Origin: an uncultured Rivularia sp.
GTDB lineage: Bacteria; Cyanobacteriota; Cyanobacteriia; Cyanobacteriales; Nostocaceae
Direction: 5' to 3'
DNA: 64,000 nucleotides
Assembly: GCA_963665115.1 (NCBI GenBank)
Contig: OY762007.1
Location: 2,560,001-2,624,000 of the forward strand
The translations under genes and the position numbers were made by a program. Shown here piece by piece: positions 51,311 to 62,073 of this stretch. The first letter of the stretch is position 1, and each line of letters starts with the position of its first letter. The notes below the pieces were generated by a model. The model was not told where the DNA came from. It ran no database searches and was given only the letters and a program-made list of their open reading frames with translations.

Positions 51311-52012
51311 TTATATTAATTCCTGTAAATCTCTAATAACTAAATCGGGAATTGCCATACTTTCATTAAGCTGTTTACCGCGTCTATTTATCCAAACAGT
51401 TGATAATCCCGCCGTTTTTGCTCCACCAACATCGCGCATGATATGGTCGCCAATATACACTATTTTGTCACGCTCGACATCAAAAAATTCAATTGCTTCA
51501 TTAAACAGTTTTGTGGAAGGTTTTATCCAACCGTAATCTGATGAAAAGATAATTACATCAAATAAATCGCGAATCCCAACACGATCAAATTCTTTTAAAA
51601 ATATATCCTTTCTAGACCAAATATTTGAGATAATACCCAAACGATGAGTTTTTCGTAATTGATGCAAAACTTCTATATGCTTTTGGGATATAACTCCAAC
51701 TTCGTGATTTGCAAAAACTTGCTCCAACAAACTTAACTCGCTTGCTGTTAAATATGAAGCTTCGGAGTGTTTCTGTAAATAACTCAACACAGAAGGCAAA
51801 CATTCATAGTTTGCTGGATTTTTACCATCAGCCTTTATTCTTCTTGAAACCGTAAATATAATCTGATTTACTAATTCATCTGTCAATAAATTTCCACCTA
51901 AACTACGATAAGTAGCCGCAAAATCTTCAGTATTGAAGAAACGATAACCACTAAACATAAAAGTGTGCCCTACGTCTAGTAGAAGCACATCAAAATTATT
52001 TATAAAAATCAT
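51311..52012 (-). CDS. HAD-superfamily hydrolase
   Basis: LLDVGHT, IISN, KP...F, IGD...DV.GA..AG. Confidence 0.85.
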   Translation of the reverse strand: MIFINNFDVLLLDVGHTFMFSGYRFFNTEDFAATYRSLGGNLLTDELVNQIIFTVSRRIKADGKNPANYECLPSVLSYLQKHSEASYLTASELSLLEQVFANHEVGVISQKHIEVLHQLRKTHRLGIISNIWSRKDIFLKEFDRVGIRDLFDVIIFSSDYGWIKPSTKLFNEAIEFFDVERDKIVYIGDHIMRDVGGAKTAGLSTVWINRRGKQLNESMAIPDLVIRDLQELI

Positions 52013-52148
52013 TCGTAATTGTTTTGATAATGAAAAGAACCATCTTTACGAAAAAACGTCTCCTTCCATACTAGTAGAGGTAGAAGCATACAGTTGAATG
52101 CTTTATCAAAAGTGTTTAATATAAACTTTCGGTTTTCAGGGAGGCTTT

Positions 52149-53454
52149 ATGGCAAATACTTTTTCATTTCAACCGGAAACAACTTTCGAGGTAATAGACG
52201 GTGGGTTTGATGGTGAGTTTGACGGAATAGGAGATAGCGTTTTTCCCGGTAACTTTTTCACCGTGATACTTGGTAAGAGTGGTGAAGCTGCTGAATTTGC
52301 GGAATTTGATATCAGTAAATTATCAATCCCGGAAGGCGAAGTTATTACTAATACCAGATTTGAGGTAAAAATTACTGGTTTAGAAGTTGGTGGATTAGGA
52401 GCTTCTTTTGGTGATAATCCCGATAGTATCGGTGCGTTTGGATATGCGGGTAATGGGGTTGCTGATGCTTCAGACTTTGAAATAGGTGTCCTTTTAGATA
52501 CAGAGAATACGGTACTACCATCCGTAGGACAGCAGCTTTCTTTTGATGTTACCGATTTTATGCAAAACTTAGTTAAAAGCGATGAATCTTTCGCAGGAAT
52601 AGGTTTACGCGCTTTGGAGTTAGGAGGTATAGCGGTAGACCCCAACTTCTGTAAGTATGCCGATGTTGATAGTCGAAACCGCTGCGACAACTAATAATCT
52701 GACAGTAGCGACTGACGATGTGGTTACAGCTTCTCAAAATACACCTGTTGCTATTCCCGTTGCTAATTTACTTGTCAATGACAGCAATTTAGACGGTGAT
52801 TCTTTAATTATTACTGCCGTTAACAATGCTATCGACGGTACTGTAATTCTCAACGATAACGGTACTATCGATGATTTGGGTGACGACACGATAATTTTTA
52901 CCCCCAACCAAGACTTTAACGGAAACGCCCTTTTTGAATATACTGTGAGCGATCGCCAAGGTGCTACCGATATTGGTTTAGTTACAGTAAAGGTTCACAA
53001 TAATATCGACGGTACAAGCAGCAATGATAATTTGGAAGGCACCGATCAAAACGATATCATTCGCGGATTTGAGGGAAATGATTTCCTTTACGGTGGTAAT
53101 GGTAATAACCAATTAGATGGTGGTATCGGTAACGATGGTCTTTTAGGAGGAAAAAATCAAGATATTCTGATAGGTGGTGAAGATAATGATTTTCTTAATG
53201 GTGGTGCTGGTGCAGATAGCTTAACTGGTGGTACGGGTGCCGATAACTTTTACCTTGATGGAAATAGTTCTGCAACAGATATAATTACTGACTTTAACTT
53301 AGGAGAAGGTGACAGGATTACTACCTACAATAATCTTCTATTCCGCGATTTATCTTTTTCCGGTAACGACATTTTATTTGGAGACACGGTATTAGCAACC
53401 TTAGAAGGATTTGATACTACTTCTCTAAATTCGAGTCACTTTTATGCGATTTGA
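52149..53454 (+). CDS. Secreted Ca-binding protein with a cadherin-like domain and RTX nonapeptide repeats (+1 frameshift near 52640)
   Basis: LLVND...DGD.L, FTP..DFNG...FEYTVSD, GG.GND repeats. Confidence 0.8.
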
Positions 53455-53827
53455 GGAAGTGGGAATATTAAGCTTGCTTGGATTTTTTTCCTAAAAATAC
53501 CTTTTGCGAAAATGCGAAAAGTAATAACAACATTATTCATTGTCTGAATAAAATGTAAGAGTTAGAGTTTGATTGCAGACAATTTTGATCGTAGATGTCT
53601 AAAATTGTAACTTTTAACTTTAACTCTTAATTCATTGAAAATAAAAAAGTAATGAATTGAAAACTTGAATTATTAATTAAATAAATTAAAGAAAACTACC
53701 GTAATTATATGTAATTTTTAAATAAGATTTATACATATAAAGTTATAATCTTAAATTCAATGACATTACGAAATCAGTAGGATTATTATTGTAGAAGTAT
53801 ATAGTAATTCTAGAAAGAATTTGTCAT

Positions 53828-54163
53828 ATGGAAAATGTAGATCGCCGCAAATTATTGTCAGCCCTATGTCATGGGGCGATATTCCTTAGCTCTACGCTCG
53901 TAGCTGTCGCTATACCCATTGCAATTTTGTTTACTACAGAAGATTCAGTTGTAAAAGCTAATGCTAGAGAATCCTTGAATTTCCATATTAATCTTTATAT
54001 ATATGGATTAATAGCTGCAATGCTGACTGTAGTTATTATCGGTTTTCCATTACTGATGGTTTTAGGTTTAATCAGTTTTATAATGCCGATTATCGCTATT
54101 GTCAAAATTTTAAACTCACCAGACGAACCTTATCGTTATCCATTTATTTTTCGTTTGGTATAA
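53828..54163 (+). CDS. DUF4870 membrane protein
   Basis: ALCH, A.ESLNF.I, YRYPFI.R. Confidence 0.85.
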   Translation: MENVDRRKLLSALCHGAIFLSSTLVAVAIPIAILFTTEDSVVKANARESLNFHINLYIYGLIAAMLTVVIIGFPLLMVLGLISFIMPIIAIVKILNSPDEPYRYPFIFRLV

Positions 54164-54404
54164 TCACCCATTTATCCATTTCCAAATGTAGAGGCGTTGC
54201 AGTGCAACGTCTTTTGTCGTTATGTTGCACAATCAAAGCAATCGTTAATAGAAACGCTATTGCAGGCATTTTCGCGAGAAAGCAAAATGCTAACACTACT
54301 GAAATTAATTTGAATGACTATATGTAATTTATTCAATTTAATCAACAAGCGTCATATAACTGATATACTCTGACAGATAAATACGAATTAGATTCAACCT
54401 TTTT

Positions 54405-54941
54405 ATGAACAGCGTCGATCGGCTACAAAATATTTTGGCTGATTCTCCTGTTGGTGCTGTATTGCCAGCCATATATCAACTCAACCTTCCCGATTGCTGG
54501 TTAGCTGGAGGTGCTTTACGAAACACAGTTTGGCGTTCGATTTTTGGCGAAGACTGTCAGCTATTTATCAAAGACTTCGATATTGCTTTTTTTGATGAAA
54601 AAGGCGATCGCAATCAAGAGTTAGCAGCAAAAGCAACTTTAACTAATCTATTTCCAGACTATGTATTTGATATAAAAAATCAAGCCAGCTTTGCTCGATG
54701 GCGCTCTGGCAAAAAAACTTTCACCAGCACTGAAGACGGAATCAAAAATTGGTTGCACACCACAGCAGCAATAGGTGTGCGCTTAAATAGTCAAGGTGAA
54801 TGGGAATTTTTTACACCTTATGGTTTAGAAGACTTATTTAACGGAATTGTTCGCCCAACCCCCACGAATATAGATAATCCAGACGCACAACGTAAGGCTG
54901 ATGGGTATTTGCAAAAATGTCCCTGCTTGCGACTGGTGTGA
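54405..54941 (+). CDS. DUF925-family nucleotidyltransferase-like protein
   Basis: WLAGGALRNTVW, IKDFDIAFFD, KNQA, PYGLEDLF. Confidence 0.85.
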   Translation: MNSVDRLQNILADSPVGAVLPAIYQLNLPDCWLAGGALRNTVWRSIFGEDCQLFIKDFDIAFFDEKGDRNQELAAKATLTNLFPDYVFDIKNQASFARWRSGKKTFTSTEDGIKNWLHTTAAIGVRLNSQGEWEFFTPYGLEDLFNGIVRPTPTNIDNPDAQRKADGYLQKCPCLRLV

Positions 54942-55004
54942 GGGAGATGGGGAGATATAGTTATTACAAAAAAATAGACGATCAACCGCACTTCTGGTGA
55001 ATGG

Positions 55005-55054
55005 TAGTGGGAGCATCTTGCTCCCTAGTCCGAGGGAGCAAGATGCTCCCACTA
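55005..55054. repeat. GTAGTGGGAGCATCTTGCTCCC inverted pair (REP-like)
   Basis: Same family as 36415-36467 and the half-copies at 27447 and 56493. Confidence 0.7.
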
Positions 55055-55163
55055 CTGAAATTAATTGGACTAATTTCTAACTATTTACCATCCCCAATGC
55101 CCAATCCCCAATGCCCAATCCTTAACTAATTTCCGATCGCTGTTGACTTCAAATTTATTATAT

Positions 55164-55177
55164 GATACTAATGTACT
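55164..55177. promoter_or_regulatory. Possible cyanobacterial LexA box upstream of the KTSC gene
   Basis: GATACTAATGTACT matches 12/14 of AGTACWNWTGTACT; TTGACT lies upstream. Confidence 0.4.
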
Positions 55178-55258
55178 AGTAAAGTAAATTTTAAATATAA
55201 ATTTAACGGTTGGGATTGAGAGATTCCACTTACCTCTGTTAATAGGAGAGCAGAATTT

Positions 55259-55672
55259 ATGAAGTTTAGCAAGGTTGATTTAAGTAAATTATTGGGGGTG
55301 TCTCATTCTGACGGATATTTACAGTTATTGCTCGACAGAGGTGACGAGTTAGAGTTTTTGGAGATACCAGCACCAATTCAGGCTTATGAAGGATTGCAGG
55401 ATTTAAATGAATTAATTGCTGAACCTCCACCGCTGTTAGAGGAAGAAGCATTTGCTATGTTGCCAGTAGCATCACCAATGGCAAGTGCGATTGGATACGA
55501 CTCTGAAAATGAGGTTTTGCAGATAGAGTTCAATAGCGGTGCAGTATATCAATTTTCAGATGTAGATGAGGATACCTTCGAGGATTTATACACATCTGAG
55601 GCTGTGGGTAGATATTTTAATCAGAATATTAAAGGTAGATATCAGTCTCAACGTATAGATAACTCCTGTTGA
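55259..55672 (+). CDS. KTSC-domain protein
   Basis: V.S....IGYD.....L.IEF.SG.VYQ...V......L....S.G.YFN..IKG.Y. Confidence 0.9.
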   Translation: MKFSKVDLSKLLGVSHSDGYLQLLLDRGDELEFLEIPAPIQAYEGLQDLNELIAEPPPLLEEEAFAMLPVASPMASAIGYDSENEVLQIEFNSGAVYQFSDVDEDTFEDLYTSEAVGRYFNQNIKGRYQSQRIDNSC

Positions 55673-55760
55673 GTTGTAGATATTGAGCAGTATTATTTAA
55701 GTGGATATAATGCTTACTCCATAAGAGTTTCAGGTATATCTATTATATTAAAATTTTAAA

Positions 55761-55868
55761 GTTTCCTGGTGCCACGGCTAATTGCTTTTTTTAAAGCGGT
55801 TAGCCTTTACTTTTCAGCGAACAGATAATTTGACCGCGAAAGACGGTCATCGGTGTACCGATGACTTT
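55761..55868 (+). ncRNA. Candidate structured RNA (sRNA or leader); family not recognised
   Basis: GC-richer island with three stem-loops, the last followed by TTT. Confidence 0.3.
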
Positions 55869-55955
55869 AATATAATCATTTTGAGCAGATTGCTTTTTTC
55901 CCTAAAGTCCAATTTATTAATGTTGATATACTTAGTTAAAATTACAATCTATACA

Positions 55956-56396
55956 ATGTTAGAAATTGCTGCTCTTTATTCTTCATTATTAATTGCTCAA
56001 GCACCGGCTCCATCACAAAAATTTTTAGACTTAAAGAGTCAATTGGAAAAATACGGTTTTCAGGTAGTACTCGAATTACCACCGAAGCGAGGTGCTTATG
56101 GTTTGTTAAACGCGGCTCGTAAAAAAATATGGATTAATCCAGTGGTTTTCGATTTAAACATTGCGACTCCAACTTTAATTCATGAATCCGTTCATGCAGC
56201 CCAAGTTTGTGCGGGTAAAGGGAAAATCAAAGCTTTAGGTTTGGAAATTCAACCAATTGCTAACGCTCGACGGCTTTTTCTACGATATAAAGATACTCAT
56301 AGACAAGATTTGGAAAGAGAAGCTTATGCTGTACAAACTCAATCTAATAGTTTTGAATTAGCTACAAATCTTCTGAACAAATATTGTAAGGAATGA
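55956..56396 (+). CDS. Hypothetical protein with an HExxH motif (zincin-like)
   Basis: TLIHESVHAAQ...EREAY; N-terminal hydrophobic segment from ATG 55956. Confidence 0.7.
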   Translation: MLEIAALYSSLLIAQAPAPSQKFLDLKSQLEKYGFQVVLELPPKRGAYGLLNAARKKIWINPVVFDLNIATPTLIHESVHAAQVCAGKGKIKALGLEIQPIANARRLFLRYKDTHRQDLEREAYAVQTQSNSFELATNLLNKYCKE

Positions 56397-56531
56397 GGGA
56401 GTAGGGAGTAGGGAATAGGGAGTAGGAAGTAGGGAGTAAGGAGTAGGGAGTAATATTAATAAAACGGGGTTTTGCGTAAGTTTTGACAAAATAGCGGGCA
56501 AGATGCCCGCACTACAAGAGTGTATTTTTAG

Positions 56532-57645
56532 TTATGAAACGCCCCCACCTGCCGATTTAATCAATACTCCGGGCTGATATCCATCAGGGCGATCGCCAAC
56601 TGTTGCACCTCCATGAATCATTCCTTGAATTTCCCCATCAAAGAAACTGTAAGGAAACTGGGATTCTAGTTTACTAACGCTTTCAAGACGATTTGCAAGC
56701 TCTGGGGGAATGTCAAAATCCAATGCTTTGATATTGTCTTCCAACTGGGATAACTTTGAAGCACCTACAATAACTGATGCGATACCGGGACGATTTACCG
56801 TCCAATTGACGGCAACTTGTGCCATGCTGTGTCCCACTTCCTCGGCTACAGATTCTAATTCGGCGACAATTTTCCAGTTTCTGTCGCTAATTTTTTGAAA
56901 AGCTGGATTATCCACATCGCGAGTTGCATCAAGTCTTCCTTCTCCAGAGAATCCGCCTTCGCTAGGCTTATATTTACCGCTCAAAAGTCCGCTAGCTAAA
57001 GGGACTCCATACCATAGTACCCACTCCCAAATTTTGCCCGAGACTGATAAATTCCCGTTCGATGTTACGCTCAGTCAAGGAGTATTCTAATTGCAAAGCC
57101 GAAATTGGTTCATAGTTGCGATACTCCGCGATAGTTTGCGCTCTAGCGGCATACCATGCAGGTACATCGCTCAAACCTATATGACGCACTTTTCCCGCAC
57201 TTACCAAATCATCCAAAGTACGCATCACTTCCTCAGCAGGGGTGACTTTATCCCAGGTGTGGAGAATATATAAATCGATGTAATCAGTTCCTAATCGTTT
57301 GAGAGAACCTTCCACAGCCCGCATAATATTTTTACGTCCATTTCCTCCCGCGTTAGGGTTTCCAGGTTCAACGTTGTAGCTGAATTTAGTGGCAATAACA
57401 ACCTTATCGCGTAGATTGCGTTCTTTGGTAAACTTTCCCAACAAAGTTTCGCTGGTGCCATTCGTGTATAAATCTGCCGTATCGATAAAATTACCACCAG
57501 CATCGACGTAGGTATTAAACATTTGTCGTGCAGTCTCTTCATCCGCACCCCAACCCCATTCCGTACCAAAAGTCATCGTTCCCAGAGCAAGACGACTTAC
57601 GCGCAATCCAGTACGTCCGAGAGTATAGTAACTGTTAAGTGGCAT
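56532..57645 (-). CDS. Aldo/keto reductase (+1 frameshift near 57000)
   Basis: LGRTGLRVS.L.LGTMTFG, FIDTAD.Y, SLKRL.TDYIDLY, WSP/L.GKY, QL.DN. Confidence 0.9.
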
Positions 57646-57788
57646 TTAAGATAGCTCCCCGTGTGTGTTAATTTCAGTTTAGTTATTTAGGGAGAGAGTT
57701 TATAGTAAATTCTTGCGGGGTTATATCAACATCTTGCTGTGATTAGGAAATATATAAATGTAATAGCTATAAAATTTAAGATTACAAA

Positions 57789-58310
57789 ATGGATTTAGAT
57801 AACTGGGTAAATATTGCCAAAGAAGTAGGAGCTATAGGTGAAGATGGTTACGAATTTAGTTCCAGTACAATGGCTCGTGAAGCAATAGAGATTCTTCTGG
57901 GAAAAGATAATTTAAAAGAAGCAGTTAGATATTATGTAGCACATAAACCGGGAAGCGAATTACTTAGAGGAGTGCTTTGGCAATTACATCCTTATAGCGC
58001 AATGGAAGAATGCTATAGAATTTTCAAAGAATCTAACAATTTAGATGAAAAAATCGATGCTATAGAATTACTTCGTGTTGTAGCAGATAAACGTGTATTA
58101 AAATGGGTTCCAGAGTTTTTAGAACATGAAAATCCTGGCATTCAAAATTGGGGAATTGGTATCGTAGATCAATTGCTTTTTTCTAGCCTTTGTGATGATG
58201 AAGATGTTGTTGAGATATTGGATAAAGCTAGAAACCATTCAAGTCAATATGTGAGAGAGAAAGCTGAATTGATATATTTTACGTTGGAAGATGGAGAAGA
58301 GCTTAATTGA
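57789..58310 (+). CDS. Hypothetical acidic helical (HEAT-like) protein
   Basis: 173-aa ORF with helical-repeat character. Confidence 0.65.
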   Translation: MDLDNWVNIAKEVGAIGEDGYEFSSSTMAREAIEILLGKDNLKEAVRYYVAHKPGSELLRGVLWQLHPYSAMEECYRIFKESNNLDEKIDAIELLRVVADKRVLKWVPEFLEHENPGIQNWGIGIVDQLLFSSLCDDEDVVEILDKARNHSSQYVREKAELIYFTLEDGEELN

Positions 58311-58471
58311 TAAAACATAATTATCATGAATTCAGTATCAAGCATATTTATTATTTTGCGAAAAGAGATAATTTTTGATGAAATTAAAATTATGTTTAGT
58401 AAATATGATGCGTTGCACTCCGTGATAACAGTACCGTAAAATAATCCGGTTTAGTTCATAAATAATTAATT

Positions 58472-59239
58472 ATGAAGATGGAAGTCAATTTGCAACCAGA
58501 AGAATTTCACGACGCACTTCAAAAAGGTATGGGAAGAGCTTATTTACACGTTAATAAATATGGAGACAGTCAAGTAAGCGATAGTATTCTTTATTGTTGT
58601 TTGCATAATTTATCTTATAAGAAATATAATTCTCCGCATACTTATATAGCTTTTGCAAAATATGCTGTAGAAGCCGAATTTAATCTAGTATTTGAAAAGT
58701 TTCTCCATGAGACAAGAAAAGAACAAATAGTGCGTTACTTATGGATTTTTAGAAAGCGAGAAATTCCCATAATTGACGATAAACTTTTCCAGTTAGCAAT
58801 GTCTGACGATGGAGATATTCGCACTGCTGCTGTGGAAGCTCTTAAATTTTGTCAAGATAGCTCTATTCGTAATTTGGCTATAGATTTTAGTAAAAATCAA
58901 GATGATAAATTTGCTATTTGTTCTGTAGGGCTTTTTATCAAAAACTATCAATCTGGAGACAATAAATTTATTGAATCAATCCTTCCTAGAATAAATGATG
59001 AAGATACCAAGCATTTCGTTTGTATGGATTTAATCAAAATATTTGAAAGACACGCGCTAGATGAATTATTTACAAGCTTATTATGGGCTTATGAAAATAC
59101 ACCATGTACTTACTGTCGAGAAAATATAGTCAAAGCTTTAATAAATAGCAATTTGATGCCACAAATATTGGTTGATGAGTGTCAATTTGATTGCGTTCAA
59201 GATGTCCGGAATTTAGTCAGAGGATATACACGTGCATAA
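58472..59239 (+). CDS. Hypothetical HEAT-like protein
   Basis: 255-aa ORF; ALQKG.GRA N-terminus; YENTPC.YCR and EC.FDC. Confidence 0.65.
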   Translation: MKMEVNLQPEEFHDALQKGMGRAYLHVNKYGDSQVSDSILYCCLHNLSYKKYNSPHTYIAFAKYAVEAEFNLVFEKFLHETRKEQIVRYLWIFRKREIPIIDDKLFQLAMSDDGDIRTAAVEALKFCQDSSIRNLAIDFSKNQDDKFAICSVGLFIKNYQSGDNKFIESILPRINDEDTKHFVCMDLIKIFERHALDELFTSLLWAYENTPCTYCRENIVKALINSNLMPQILVDECQFDCVQDVRNLVRGYTRA

Positions 59240-59722
59240 TAATCTAATTATTGATTTTTATCAAATTTCATCACCCCTAAATTCCCATGAAGCTGCTCAC
59301 AAACTAGCTCAACTTTTAGAAGTGCCTTACATCATGCAGTTACATATCAATATATTAGTAACTGTTTAGAATCGAGAGAAAAACAGGTATTTAGTATGGC
59401 TTTAGGTGATTTTTTGCGAGAACTTTTAAAATGTAAAATTGGAGAAATTGAAAAATAATCTTTCAAACTATCTCTCTTAATCTCTTTCCTCCGTGTACTC
59501 TGCGTCTCTGCGGTTTTTTATATATAATTATTTTGGATACGAAGAAAGTAATTACTCCTATTCCGCTACAAGATTACCGATAAAAAAATCGCAGAGACAA
59601 GCCACTGCGTTGTGGAGGTTCCCTCCGTTGTAGCAAGTGGGCATTTTTGAGAACTACCAGTGTTGTTTCTCCCCTTCTTGTTGGTATTGAATAGCGGAAG
59701 AAAATATTAATAAATCTACTAC

Positions 59723-59896
59723 TCACTTAAAAATTATAATACCTATAATCGAACCAATAAAGCCAGACAAACCCATTGCAAAAGCCATTCCTAAACTCTC
59801 TTTTGAAGAGTCTCCTTTTAATTTATGTCTTAGGAATGTAAGGAAGAAAAACGGTACGGCGAAAGACAAAACACGAATCCAATCATTTCTAGACAT
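59723..59896 (-). CDS. Small two-TM hypothetical protein (57 aa; absent from the ORF track)
   Basis: Manual translation MSRNDWIRVLSFAVPFFFLTFLRHK...MAFAMGLSGFIGSIIGIIIFK*. Confidence 0.4.
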   Translation of the reverse strand: MSRNDWIRVLSFAVPFFFLTFLRHKLKGDSSKESLGMAFAMGLSGFIGSIIGIIIFK

Positions 59897-60114
59897 CTTT
59901 TTAACTTCTCTAAATTTATCGAGGAGTAAACGGAATGTTGCTAATGATTTGCAGTTAAGGAAACCGCTTGTTTTACGGTATTTCGGTTGTTAAATCCAAT
60001 TTTAAAAAATTACTGTTGAAACTAAAGCCCGATTCTTGCGCTGTTATATCAAAATCTTGCTTTCTTGGTTTGATTTTGTAATTTAGTAATAATGTAAGAA
60101 CTTTTTTAGGTTAC

Positions 60115-61590
60115 TTAACTATTCAAATCTTCCACCACTTGCTCAAAATCACGAGCAAATATTTGTTGATTATATTTATCTAATTCTTTTTGGTTTGAAG
60201 AATAGCTAAGCCCTGTCATTGTGACTTTTTGCACGTATTCTATCAATGGGCGGCGTATACTTTCGTATTTATCAAACGCTTCATGAATAGCATTTTCATC
60301 ATCTAATTTTTCTGAAACCACAAGTTTATTAATAAGTTCTACAATAATTAATGCATCTTCTAAGCCTTGATTTACTCCTTGAGCGGCGAAAGGAGGCATT
60401 CCGTGGGCTGCATCGCCTACTAACACTACTCTACCGGCGTGCCAAGGTGGTTGCATATTTGCAGAATTCTCTTGGCTATGAAGGTTGGCGGTGTCGGGAA
60501 ATGGTAAGGAATCGGAAATAATGGCGCGGTGAATATAGTAAGTCCGGTGTTGCATATTTGCAGGGTTTGATATTCTTACTAATTCTTTAATCGCGTGGGG
60601 AAAATTGTTTTGTTCTAATTGTTGTAATGTGACTTCGATTCGAGAATTTTCGTGTAATTGATTTAATTCTACAGGAATATGGATGAGATATGTAAATTTA
60701 CCTGGTTTTCGGGTTAACAAAATCATTCTAGGAGGTTGTTCGGAAGCAAAATTATCCAATTGTACATCTTGAGTAATAGTAACTATTGGTAAATGTTGAA
60801 GAAATTTTTCCTGTATTTCTGTTTGAATATTACCGGGAATATCAGCTATTTCCGAACAAATTACGGCTGCATATCCAGAATATTCGGGACGGGAAAAAGT
60901 TTTATAACGAGTATTGTTATAAAGTATCTTGCGGACGGTAGAATTTATTCCATCTGCTGCAATAACTAATTTACCTCGGAAAGATTTATGCGCGGATTTT
61001 TCAGTATTAATATCAGCATTAATATTTTGAGGTTGATTTTGAGATTGATTTTGAATATTTTGTGCTTCAGAATTCCAGTGTGCGTAGGGATTAGCTTCTA
61101 CCGTCATATCCGAGAGACAATCTACTCGAACGCATTCGTTCTCTGTTTCGTAGACAACATCAATACAACGATGATTGGCTTTTACAAGTTCATCAGGAAT
61201 AATCGTTCTTAAAGTTGTTTGTAAATCAAACCAGCTTATGTTTAATTTACCTTCACTATAGTTTTCAAACCATTCGTTAAAGTCGAGTGCTATGCTACGT
61301 ATTGCCTCTCCTTGTAAATCTCTGACAAACCATTTCGGTAAAGGTTGAGGAGAATTATCTTGTTGAGTATTAATTCCTGCGGTTTTTTTGACTTCTTCGT
61401 AGGCTGTAATATTTAAATATCTTAAAGCTTTTAACCCATTAGCAAGAACATCTAAACCTTGTCCAACCTGACGAAAGGCTTTAGTTTGGTCTAAAACTAG
61501 AATATTTTCTATCCCTCGGTGACGCAAACCATTGGCTGTTGCTAATCCAACAGGTCCTGCGCCAACTATAATTACATCATAAATATGCAT
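60115..61590 (-). CDS. FAD-dependent monooxygenase (UbiH/salicylate hydroxylase-like)
   Basis: IVGAGPVGL, AADGINS.VR, LVGDAAH.M.P..AQG.NQGLED; start at ATG 61590 because the extension is a MITE. Confidence 0.9.
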   Translation of the reverse strand: MHIYDVIIVGAGPVGLATANGLRHRGIENILVLDQTKAFRQVGQGLDVLANGLKALRYLNITAYEEVKKTAGINTQQDNSPQPLPKWFVRDLQGEAIRSIALDFNEWFENYSEGKLNISWFDLQTTLRTIIPDELVKANHRCIDVVYETENECVRVDCLSDMTVEANPYAHWNSEAQNIQNQSQNQPQNINADINTEKSAHKSFRGKLVIAADGINSTVRKILYNNTRYKTFSRPEYSGYAAVICSEIADIPGNIQTEIQEKFLQHLPIVTITQDVQLDNFASEQPPRMILLTRKPGKFTYLIHIPVELNQLHENSRIEVTLQQLEQNNFPHAIKELVRISNPANMQHRTYYIHRAIISDSLPFPDTANLHSQENSANMQPPWHAGRVVLVGDAAHGMPPFAAQGVNQGLEDALIIVELINKLVVSEKLDDENAIHEAFDKYESIRRPLIEYVQKVTMTGLSYSSNQKELDKYNQQIFARDFEQVVEDLNS

Positions 61591-61613
61591 AATAATTAGC
61601 CAGGGAATGTAAT

Positions 61614-61768
61614 TAGACATCTCCGGAAATAAACAAAAACCCCTCTCCAAACCTCTCCCCCACAGGCAGAGAGGCTTAATTTTCCCCCTTCCCTCGTAGG
61701 GAAGGGGGGTAGGGGGTTAGGTTTTACCGAAAAGTTGAAACCATATAAATGTTTTCCGGAGATGTCTA
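61614..61768. mobile_element. MITE-like element with 16-bp inverted ends TAGACATCTCCGGAAA / TTTCCGGAGATGTCTA
   Basis: Perfect inverted termini; interior carries a CCCCCTTCCC...GGGAAGGGGG hairpin repeat. Confidence 0.75.
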
Positions 61769-62073
61769 TTGAGAGTCTCATAGCTAAAATTTTCTAAAGA
61801 ATTCTGAAAACGAAATTACTATAATATGTTCTCACGTCGATCTAAGAAGTACAATTTTAGAAACATTTATTTGCAGTTTGAGGAACAGATGAGACGGCGA
61901 ACGCCTTTATAAAATCAAGCCGGAGTGCAATACTCCAATGCTTTCAAGCTTTGTAACGAAAGCTAAAAAATTACCCACTCAGGTACTGTTATAGTTTCAA
62001 TATTTGTTTAACAATAATTTTTGGTACTCAAACTGTTGAGATAAAGACAATCCAACTTCTAAAATCTAAAATT

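Noticed and set aside
52169..52690. 173-aa antisense ORF
   Set aside because: It is a shadow of the Ca-binding protein gene and has no motifs.
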